From Beijerinckiaceae bacterium (GTDB taxonomy: Bacteria; Pseudomonadota; Alphaproteobacteria; Rhizobiales; Beijerinckiaceae), in the NCBI GenBank assembly GCA_025459195.1, contig JALORF010000001.1:894-64893 (forward strand): a stretch of 64,000 nt of DNA, in the 5' to 3' direction. Of the stretch, positions 20,089 to 27,327 are shown one piece after another. The notes under the pieces are model-generated. The model was not told where the DNA came from. It was given only the letters and a program-made list of their open reading frames with translations, and made no database searches. A program made the position numbers and the translations under genes. Numbering within the stretch: the stretch's first letter is position 1; every line of letters begins with the position of its first letter.

Positions 20089-20363
20089 CCGACGCTGGCC
20101 AACAGGGTTGAGGGCGCCAGCTCCGAACCAGCAAACAACGGTGAACCCGGTGCAGCGACCACCGACCCACCCGGCAGCACTGTGGTGCCCATGCCGACAC
20201 CGAGCGCCAGCAGAGCTGCCAGACTGAGTGCGGTTCGGCTGCTGAGTGCGAGCGCGCTGCGCTCGGCATCGATGCCCGCCATCACAACAGTTTCAAGTGT
20301 CGCCAGCCGGGCCGGCACCGGCAGCGACCGCAAGCGCAAAAATGCTCCGTCGAGGTCATCCAT
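20085..20363 (-). CDS. Single-pass anti-sigma factor (CnrY/NccY-like)
   Basis: 92 aa with a cytoplasmic N-terminus, one TM helix and a C-terminal ELAPSTLL; Y-X-H gene order. Confidence 0.7.
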   Translation of the reverse strand: MDDLDGAFLRLRSLPVPARLATLETVVMAGIDAERSALALSSRTALSLAALLALGVGMGTTVLPGGSVVAAPGSPLFAGSELAPSTLLASVG

Positions 20364-20391
20364 TTTCTTCACTCCCAACCAACTTCTCGCC

Positions 20392-20418
20392 ATACGCGCG
20401 CCGGCCGTGCGGCCCTCA
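20392..20418 (-). promoter_or_regulatory. ECF-sigma promoter for the anti-sigma/sensor/sigma operon
   Basis: Minus strand TGAGGG-ccgcacggccggcgcg-CGTAT (16-bp spacer). Confidence 0.75.
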
Positions 20419-20429
20419 CCAGGAAAATT

Positions 20430-20456
20430 TGAGGGGGAGGCTTGCGGCATGCGTAA
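20430..20456 (+). promoter_or_regulatory. ECF-sigma promoter for copCD
   Basis: TGAGGG-ggaggcttgcggcatg-CGTAA (16-bp spacer), about 28 bp before the copC start. Confidence 0.75.
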
Positions 20457-20484
20457 GTGCGATTGAATAACCTGGAGACGTTTG

Positions 20485-20871
20485 ATGAAGACCATATACA
20501 ATCTGCTTGCAACCGTCCTGCTTCTGGCGCTCGGCGCCTCTGGCCCTGCGATGGCCCATGCCAAGCTTGTTTCTTCCACGCCCGCCGCGAACGGAACTGT
20601 CGACAAGCCGGGCAAGGTCGTTCTGGTTTTCAGCGAAAAGCTGATGGCAAAGTTCGCTGGCGCCGAACTCGTGATGACCAGCATGCCGGGCATGGCGGAC
20701 CATCAGCCGATGAAGATCACCGGTTTCACCACGGCGATGAGCGCCGATGGCAAGACGATGACCCTTTTGATGAAGCGCGCGCTGGCCAGCGGGACCTATG
20801 AAGTGAAGTGGTTCGCCGGCGGCGCCGATGCTCACCGGATGGAAGGCAGCTTCCCCTTCACTGTCAAATAA
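20485..20871 (+). CDS. copC: Periplasmic copper-binding protein CopC
   Basis: Signal peptide ending AMA, mature N-terminal HAKLVSSTP, Met motif MTSMPGM, and DAHRMEG. Confidence 0.93.
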   Translation: MKTIYNLLATVLLLALGASGPAMAHAKLVSSTPAANGTVDKPGKVVLVFSEKLMAKFAGAELVMTSMPGMADHQPMKITGFTTAMSADGKTMTLLMKRALASGTYEVKWFAGGADAHRMEGSFPFTVK

Positions 20872-21801
20872 ATGCCATTGGAATATCTGACCATCACTGT
20901 CAGGTTTGCATCATATGCAACCCTGACAGTCTTGTTCGGCTGGCCCCTCTTTGCGGTTTACGCGCTTCCCGCGGGCCTCCCCGCAGGGATTCCATCACGC
21001 CGCGTGCTTGCGCTGCTGGCGCTTGCTGCGGCGGTCTTCTCAGTGGCAGGCATTGTCGCCATGGCAGCGACAATGGCCGGCTCTGCGTTCAGCGCGGTCG
21101 ATAGCGCAACCATCGATGCGATGATCTTCGAAACGCCGATGGGGTCTGCGTGGCAAGTGCGAATGGCAGCTTTGGCGCTGTTGTTGGCGACCCTCCTGTT
21201 CGGCGATTTGCAACACCGCCCGTCTCGTCTTTTGGTCAGCGCCTTCGCCGCGACGGCATTGGCGTCACTGGCCTGGACTGGTCATGGTGCCGCCGGTGAG
21301 GGTAATGCCGGCTGGCTGCAGCTTGGGGCCGATGTCACACATCTGTTTGCCGCAGGCGCGTGGGTCGGGGCTCTGGCAGCTCTGCTGCAGCTGCTGGGGC
21401 GGCGTGCGATCGATGCCACGCCCGCTGTGATGGTCGTCGCGCATCAGGCGCTGGATCGCTTTGCCATTGCCGGAACGATCATTGTTGCCCTTCTTGCCGG
21501 TACCGGGCTTGTAAGCGTCTGGATGCTGGTCGGACCCGATCATGTCTTCGATCTGCTTGACAGCGAGTATGGACGGTTCCTGGTTGCCAAGTTGCTGCTG
21601 TTCGCAGCCATGCTTGGCCTCGCCGCCAGCAATCGCTTTCGCCTGACCCCCGCTCTGGGGCGTCAGATTGGTAGCGGTGTCGAGCCTGCAGCGGCTTTTG
21701 CAGCGCTCCGCCGAAGCATCTTTGCCGAGGCAGCGCTGGCCGCAGGGATCATGGCAGCGGTTGCGTGGTTGGGAACGCTCGCACCTCCAATGGTCATGTA
21801 G
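20872..21801 (+). CDS. copD: Inner-membrane copper protein CopD
   Basis: Multi-TM; LAWTGHGAAGEG, HLFAAGAWVGAL, YGRFLVAKLLL and NRFRLTP. Confidence 0.92.
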   Translation: MPLEYLTITVRFASYATLTVLFGWPLFAVYALPAGLPAGIPSRRVLALLALAAAVFSVAGIVAMAATMAGSAFSAVDSATIDAMIFETPMGSAWQVRMAALALLLATLLFGDLQHRPSRLLVSAFAATALASLAWTGHGAAGEGNAGWLQLGADVTHLFAAGAWVGALAALLQLLGRRAIDATPAVMVVAHQALDRFAIAGTIIVALLAGTGLVSVWMLVGPDHVFDLLDSEYGRFLVAKLLLFAAMLGLAASNRFRLTPALGRQIGSGVEPAAAFAALRRSIFAEAALAAGIMAAVAWLGTLAPPMVM

Positions 21802-21884
21802 CACAGTTGCGGGATCCGCCTTAAGCTGTCGCTGATCGAATGGACATCGACCGGCACAACAAAGCAAAACTGACGGAGAGATAC

Positions 21885-22358
21885 ATGATTGGCAGATTTG
21901 GGATTGTTGCAGCGGCAACATCATTGGCTGTGTTGGCCTCAGCACCCGTGCAAGCACAAGCCGCTGGGGATGCTGAAAAGAGTGCCGCTGTCCGCGCGGT
22001 GCTGGCACAATATCGCGCTGCGATTGAGAGCAAGGACCTCAAATCAACGCCCGATTTGTTCGCAGCCGACTCGCAAGTGTTCGAGTCAGGCGGCAGCGAA
22101 GGCAGCTACGCGAACTACATGGCGCATCACCTCGGTCCCGAGCTGGCTGAATTCAAGTCATTCAAATTTTCAGACTACAAGACTGACGTCAAATTTGAGG
22201 GGCCGGTCGCGATTTCGGTGGAAACCTATCGCTACGTCATCGAGCTGAAAAAAGGTGCGCCTGTGGAACGAAGGGGCGTGCAAACGGGGGTACTGCGGCA
22301 GTTGGATGGCAAATGGCAAATCGTCAGCTTGCACAGTTCTTCCCGCAAGCCAAAGTGA
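21885..22358 (+). CDS. Secreted SnoaL/NTF2-like (DUF4440-like) protein
   Basis: Signal peptide (AQA), FESGGSEGSYANYMAHHLGPEL, C-terminal WQIVSLHSSSR. Confidence 0.75.
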   Translation: MIGRFGIVAAATSLAVLASAPVQAQAAGDAEKSAAVRAVLAQYRAAIESKDLKSTPDLFAADSQVFESGGSEGSYANYMAHHLGPELAEFKSFKFSDYKTDVKFEGPVAISVETYRYVIELKKGAPVERRGVQTGVLRQLDGKWQIVSLHSSSRKPK

Positions 22359-23644
22359 GTAATGCCGGTGTGCCTGCCCCGATTGATCTGCTGCAGCTGA
22401 CCATCGAACGCTGGCGCGACGATCCAGCTGCAACCTATAAAAACTGGTTCCTGTGGGACCAGCGCATCAAAAATTTTCGTTCGATCCGCCGGGGCATCGA
22501 GCAGGTTGTTGCCGAGATCGAAACCGGCAACTTTGGCGTCGCTTATCGCGGCTCCTCGCTTGAGACGGTTGTCCATTCCATCGCCGAGCAGCGCCAGATC
22601 TTCAAGGGTGCCGACCACGCCTTCTTGTGGAAGCCCAAGCTGCGCATTCCGGACATCTACGAGAGCCCGGAAAACCAGCGGGCCTTCGGGCGCCTGCTGG
22701 CCCGGTGTTGCGGCTGCAACGAGGAGACAGAAATCCTTGCGGCGATCCGGACAATCGATGCACTGGCCATCAAGGGTCTGGGGCCCGCGGTTGCCAACCT
22801 CTTGTACTTCTTGCACCCGACCCATGTTGCGCCGTTCAACACAGCAATCGTCAATGGATATAATGCAGTCACCGGCGCCAAGGCCAGGCTTGGATCCTGG
22901 CCGCATTATCTGGCCCTGCGCGATGGTGTGCGCGAACTCAACCAACGTTACAGGCATCTGTTTTCAAATGATCTTGGCGCGGTCGGCGGCTTTTTGTTCG
23001 ATGTGGGATCGGGACGCTACCCGGCGCCGGTCGCCGGCGCGACTAGCGCAGGTGACTGGATCGCCCGCCTTGATGCCGCGAAACAAGAAGCCCTGCGCAG
23101 TGCCAAACCGGGCACTGGTGGTGCCGAGATCGATCGTAGACATTCCGAGGTGCAGGCGTGGCTCCGGGATCTTGGCCGTGCGCTCGGCTATGATGTCTGG
23201 ATGGCCGCCAATGATCGCGGCCGCTTGCACGATGGTGTGCCGCTTGGAACGGGGTGCCTCGAACGGCTTCCGGTTGCCATTGAGACCGCTCCGGGCGCTG
23301 ACATGATCCGATTGATTGACGTCCTCTGGCTGGAGAGTTCGGGCCGGGTGACGGCGGCTTTCGAAGTCGAGCACTCGACGTCAATCTACTCGGGCATCGT
23401 TCGCATGCTCGACCTGGCCCTTTCCGCCAGCGAGTTCCAGACACGGGCAGGTTTGTTCCTCGTTGCACCCGACAAGCGCGAGGCCGAGGTGCGGGCACAG
23501 CTGATGCGACCGGCGTTCAGCCGTGTCGCTCACCTTGACGTCCGTTACCTGCCATATGGTGAATTGGAACAAAATCGCCATTCAATCGCGCGTTTTGGCT
23601 CTGGTCTGAAGGGCATTGAAGCGATCGCGAGGCGGTTGTTCTGA
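22355..23644 (+). CDS. Restriction-endonuclease-like protein: N-terminal HhH-like domain plus C-terminal PD-(D/E)xK-like nuclease
   Basis: IKGLGPAVANLLYF resembles an HhH motif; RLIDVLW..AAFEVEHSTSIYSG resembles a nuclease core; GTG start overlaps the upstream stop. Confidence 0.65.
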   Translation: MSNAGVPAPIDLLQLTIERWRDDPAATYKNWFLWDQRIKNFRSIRRGIEQVVAEIETGNFGVAYRGSSLETVVHSIAEQRQIFKGADHAFLWKPKLRIPDIYESPENQRAFGRLLARCCGCNEETEILAAIRTIDALAIKGLGPAVANLLYFLHPTHVAPFNTAIVNGYNAVTGAKARLGSWPHYLALRDGVRELNQRYRHLFSNDLGAVGGFLFDVGSGRYPAPVAGATSAGDWIARLDAAKQEALRSAKPGTGGAEIDRRHSEVQAWLRDLGRALGYDVWMAANDRGRLHDGVPLGTGCLERLPVAIETAPGADMIRLIDVLWLESSGRVTAAFEVEHSTSIYSGIVRMLDLALSASEFQTRAGLFLVAPDKREAEVRAQLMRPAFSRVAHLDVRYLPYGELEQNRHSIARFGSGLKGIEAIARRLF

Positions 23645-23853
23645 CTGTTAGGGCTTAGCTCACCAGTCGATACAGTGCGGCATCGTCAACTTCGCGGCCG
23701 ATATGCGCATCAAGGATCTGATGTTCGGTAATCGGATGATCAATGTATGGCCCATCAGTTGTCGTGTAAGCGTTCGCCGCAGCCTACGGCTGCGTTTCAA
23801 AGGCAGCAGCCCAAGCCCAATCGGTCATTTTGGGGAGCAAATCCAATCTCGGA

Positions 23854-24180
23854 TCAACGTGGCCCGCCAATGATGATTGCGGCCCCGACGAGGCATACTG
23901 CGCCGCCCAGCAGATCCCATCGATCTGGCCGCAGGTCCTCCACCAGCCACAACCAAGTCAGCGACCCGACGATGTAGATGCCACCATAAGCTGCATACGT
24001 TCGGCCCGCGGCGACGGTATCAACCCGTGTCAGCAGCAAGGCAAACATCATCAGCGACGCTACGCCGGGAACGAGCCACCAGATCGGCTTGCCAAGCCGC
24101 AACCACGCCCAGAACGCAAAGCAACCAGCGATCTCCGCGATGGCAGCGCTGGCGTATAAAGCAAGAGTCGCAAGGTTCAT
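23854..24180 (-). CDS. ynfA: YnfA-family small membrane protein
   Basis: [38 protein letters not shown]. Confidence 0.93.
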   Translation of the reverse strand: MNLATLALYASAAIAEIAGCFAFWAWLRLGKPIWWLVPGVASLMMFALLLTRVDTVAAGRTYAAYGGIYIVGSLTWLWLVEDLRPDRWDLLGGAVCLVGAAIIIGGPR

Positions 24181-24608
24181 GCGCCACCGTCAACACGTTG
24201 CGTCAGCGCCGCAATAAGCGGGCAGACTGCGCTGTCGCCGTCATCGCAAGCCTTCACTGTGGATGCGAGAACATGCTCCATCCGACGCAGGTCCGCGATG
24301 CGACTGCGAACATCTTGCAAATGCTTTGCGGCCATCGATTTCGCCTCGGCGCATGAGGTGACACCGCCGATCTCCAGCCGGAGCAATGCCTTTACTTCCT
24401 TGATGGCGAACCCGAGCTCGCGCGACCGGCATACGAACCGCAGGCGCGCGACGTCGGCAGGTGTGTAGGTCCGGTAACGCCCGCGACGCGAAGGCTTTGG
24501 TAGCAGACCGATCCGTTCATAATAGCGGATGGTCTCAATATGGCAGCCAGTCTGGCGGGAGAGGTCACCTATGGGAAAGACATCGACTTGCACGATCACC
24601 GTCCGCAA
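24177..24608 (-). CDS. MerR-family regulator with Hg-sensor-like Cys arrangement
   Basis: [24 protein letters not shown]; Cys in SCAE, ACDDG and VCPLI; divergent from merT. Confidence 0.9.
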   Translation of the reverse strand: MRTVIVQVDVFPIGDLSRQTGCHIETIRYYERIGLLPKPSRRGRYRTYTPADVARLRFVCRSRELGFAIKEVKALLRLEIGGVTSCAEAKSMAAKHLQDVRSRIADLRRMEHVLASTVKACDDGDSAVCPLIAALTQRVDGGA

Positions 24609-24617
24609 AAAAGCCGC

Positions 24618-24648
24618 TTGAGTCTGTAGTTGCTACAGACAGTAAGGA
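24618..24648 (+). promoter_or_regulatory. MerR promoter-operator for merT
   Basis: TTGAGT, 19-bp spacer, TAAGGA; dyad GTCTGTAG-TTG-CTACAGAC at 24622-24640. Confidence 0.8.
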
Positions 24649-24677
24649 ACAGCAGAATCATTCTCAAGGATACTGCC

Positions 24678-25058
24678 ATGTCAGACCCTATTGCAGACGT
24701 GCCGCCAACTGAACGCTCCGGCGTGGAACGCGGGGCAGCTCTCTTTACAGGGGCTGGCATCGCGGCGGCGTTTGGCCTCGCTTCGTGCTGCGCGCTGCCA
24801 ATGACGTTGGCGACAATGGGCGTTGGATCAGCGTGGTTGGGAAGTGTCGGGATACTGGCTGCTCCGTACCGATCTGTCCTCACCGGAATCGGGGCGGTCA
24901 GCCTGATCGGGGGCGCAGTTCTGCTCTGGCGCCAGCAACGCGCCGCAACGACCTGTGGGCCTGCCGGGCCGTGCACACCTGGGTATGTGCGCTTTTTAAC
25001 GCTTGTCGGCCTCATGCTCGGAACGGTGCTGCTGTGGGCTGGATACACATATGCCTGA
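24678..25058 (+). CDS. merT: MerT-family metal transporter
   Basis: ASCCALP in TM1, APYR, loop Cys pair TCGPAGPC, three TM helices. Confidence 0.85.
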   Translation: MSDPIADVPPTERSGVERGAALFTGAGIAAAFGLASCCALPMTLATMGVGSAWLGSVGILAAPYRSVLTGIGAVSLIGGAVLLWRQQRAATTCGPAGPCTPGYVRFLTLVGLMLGTVLLWAGYTYA

Positions 25059-25275
25059 AAGCAAAGCCGTCCTCGAATCCGTCCTGACCTGTCCGATCTG
25101 CAAGAAGGCAAAGACCGAGACAATGCCCACTGATGCTTGCCAATTCTATTATGAATGCACTGGTTGCGGGGCTTTGCTACGGCCATTGAGGGGCCACTGC
25201 TGCGTATACTGCTCGTTTGGAAGCATACCATGCCCTCCGATCCAGATCGAAGGCTCCGGCGGCGGCTGCGCGTAA
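25051..25275 (+). CDS. GDCCVxC-domain small Cys-rich protein
   Basis: LTCPIC..ETMPTDACQFYYECTGCG..LRPLRGHCCVYCSFGSIPCPPIQ. Confidence 0.88.
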   Translation: MPESKAVLESVLTCPICKKAKTETMPTDACQFYYECTGCGALLRPLRGHCCVYCSFGSIPCPPIQIEGSGGGCA

Positions 25276-25724
25276 ACCGGGAACACTGTCATCCAGCGAC
25301 TTGGCTGTCGCTTGTTGCCAATTCCATTCAATCCTACCGAAACCTCCGTCCCAAGCTCTGGGTGTCAGACGGCGGGCAAAGGTGAAGGGCCTCGCTTCGT
25401 TCCCACCGTTTGCTCCATTTGACACGGATTCAAAGAAGCTCGAAGCTAGCTAGTGTTGCGGCTCCGTTCTGTGTGCCCGGTCACGCCACTTCTGCACCAA
25501 TTAGGGCTGATGCCATGGCAACGAGACGGCCTCTTCAAGATTTCGACATTCCGATGCGTCGCTCGGCATTCGCAGCCATTCGGAGGTGCCGGCGTGGCTC
25601 CGCGCGCTCGGCTGTGATGTCCCACGCAACATTGACGACCGATGCAAGCGTCGATCTGAGGTAGAGCGCGAGCGCCGCGTCGAACATTGCTTTCGAAAAT
25701 CGCGCGTGCGGAGCCCAAGGCCGT

Positions 25725-26096
25725 TCAAGGCCGCGGTCCTTCCGCGCGCAGCTCGACCAGGTCATTCTTGCTGGGTGACCCGCTAATCACCGTTGCCTGT
25801 GCGAAATGCTCGTCGAACACCTCGGTCAGCCGGATGCGCCCGATGTTTTGCAGCCGCCATGCCGTGCTACCCTTCGCGCCGATGCCCGTATTCGTCACGC
25901 GCGTGACCAACAATTCCTGGCCGATCTTGGCGCCGTCGCTACGCCCGACGCACACCGTTATGGCACCGTTGTCGTTCGCCACAATAGTGCCGCGCATAAT
26001 TCGGTGCCAGAGTCCTTGAGCATTGGAAACCGACGGCAGAGCAATCATTGCTCCGACAAGGGTTGTCATCATCAAAGTCTTGCCAGAAATCGTCAT
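25725..26096 (-). CDS. Secreted beta-rich hypothetical protein (FlgT C-terminal-like)
   Basis: Signal peptide, MRGTIV..VCVGRSDGAKIGQEL..EVFDEHFAQATVISG; same strand as the copper-storage gene. Confidence 0.7.
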   Translation of the reverse strand: MTISGKTLMMTTLVGAMIALPSVSNAQGLWHRIMRGTIVANDNGAITVCVGRSDGAKIGQELLVTRVTNTGIGAKGSTAWRLQNIGRIRLTEVFDEHFAQATVISGSPSKNDLVELRAEGPRP

Positions 26097-26158
26097 GTCT
26101 CACTCTCCATCCGGAAGAAGTTCCCACGGCGCGGCACAAGCCGCGCCGTGGGAGCGGA

Positions 26159-26494
26159 TCAATGGTGATGATGCGCGGCCATTTCGCTGCAGGAAGCTTG
26201 GCACCGGCGGCAAGCCTCGGCGCATTGCTGCATAACTGCATCGTCCGGAAACGCTTCACATGCTTCCGCGCAGCGCCGACACGCCTCAGCGCATACGCCG
26301 CAATGGGCCGTGTGGAGCGGCGATAGTCGGGTCATCAGATCAGCGCTGAGCGCGCACATTTGCGCACAGTCGAGAATAGCGTTGATTTGATGATGTGCGA
26401 CATGCGTGCCACCTTTCTTCAGACAGTACTCAAGCGTCTCGACACAGACCCGGTGGCAGGTCGTGCACAGTTCAACACAGTGTTTCATGTTCAT
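26159..26494 (-). CDS. Four-helix-bundle copper storage protein (Csp/DUF326), cytosolic type
   Basis: 111 aa with 16 Cys in CxxC/CxxxC spacing, C-terminal HHHH, no signal peptide. Confidence 0.9.
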   Translation of the reverse strand: MNMKHCVELCTTCHRVCVETLEYCLKKGGTHVAHHQINAILDCAQMCALSADLMTRLSPLHTAHCGVCAEACRRCAEACEAFPDDAVMQQCAEACRRCQASCSEMAAHHHH

Positions 26495-26509
26495 GCTACT
26501 CGCCTTTGT

Positions 26510-26941
26510 TTATCGCCGGTCACTGTCGGCGGGGTGGCGATGCAGGCCGGACAGGTGTGCCAGAATCGGACATTCGCTGACCGCAGCATCGGGAGGACAA
26601 TCGTCGGCAAGACGGGAAAGAGCCTCGGCAATGGCGTGAAGATCGCGGATTTGCGTGTCGAGAGCGGCTATACGCGCCCGCGTCACCGTTAGAACAGCCG
26701 CAGCGCGCGCATTGTCGTCCGCTCGCAGCGCAAGGAGCTGCCGGATATCATCAAGCGGAAAACCAAGAGATTTGGCCCGTCGGATGAAACGCAGCCGTTC
26801 GATATCTGCCGTCCCGTAACTCCGATAGCCGGCCCGGGTCCTTGACGGCGGAGCCAGCAGTCCGAGACGTTCGTAGTAACGTACCGTATCGGTCCGCACT
26901 TCGGCAGCCTTTGCCAGTTTGCCAATTCCAATCACTACCAT
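26510..26941 (-). CDS. MerR-family heavy-metal regulator (CueR-like two-Cys loop)
   Basis: IGKLAKAAEVRTDTVRYYERLGLL; CPPDAAVSEC loop; no Cys at the start of the dimer helix. Confidence 0.9.
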   Translation of the reverse strand: MVVIGIGKLAKAAEVRTDTVRYYERLGLLAPPSRTRAGYRSYGTADIERLRFIRRAKSLGFPLDDIRQLLALRADDNARAAAVLTVTRARIAALDTQIRDLHAIAEALSRLADDCPPDAAVSECPILAHLSGLHRHPADSDRR

Positions 26942-26961
26942 CGAATCACCTCCGGCACGAG

Positions 26962-26992
26962 GTTTGCACCTTTGACCACGATCCAAGGTCAA
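26962..26992 (-). promoter_or_regulatory. MerR-type operator/promoter upstream of the regulator-csp operon
   Basis: Minus strand TTGACC followed by the imperfect dyad ACCTTGGA-N6-TCAAAGGT; also TTGACC-N9-GGTCAA. The -10 element is weak. Confidence 0.55.
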
Positions 26993-27001
26993 GCCATTTG
27001 T

Positions 27002-27238
27002 TCATCTCCTGCCGTCTGCTCCATCCGACGCGGCTTCAAAGAAGTTGGAAGCCTGCTGTTTTGCCGCGTCCGCGGTGCGAGTCAGATAGCGCCACTTCTG
27101 CACAGTCGCCGGACAGATGCGATGACGACGAGCCTGCGTCCTGATGTTGTCGTCATTCGGGCGCATCGCCAGATTTAGGGCCTGTTGAATCCATGCCGCA
27201 TCATTGCCAGTAGCTGTTCCCGCCACGCTGACGGTCAA
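27002..27238 (-). pseudogene. Possible helix-turn-helix remnant (transposase-like)
   Basis: NIRTQARRHRICPATVQKWR resembles an IS N-terminal HTH; no catalytic domain. Confidence 0.3.
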
Positions 27239-27327
27239 TCATTTTACGACGATGCAGGATCAAACATCTGAAGGACGCAGCCTTGGGAAATGCTGATGCG
27301 GTTTACCAAATCTCGCCGGACAAGTGT

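Noticed and set aside
23645-23853. Open fragment (..IDHPITEHQILDAHIG..) on the minus strand
   Set aside because: No start codon and no identifiable family; at most a remnant.
24177-25275. Complete mercury-resistance operon
   Set aside because: merA, merP and merB are absent from the window, so resistance cannot be inferred.
25276-25728. ORF 25501..25728 (HAGTSEWLRMP) as a fourth gene of the csp operon
   Set aside because: The TTG start overlaps the upstream stop, but the sequence is low-complexity and Arg/Ser-rich with no signal or family; cannot be supported without a search.
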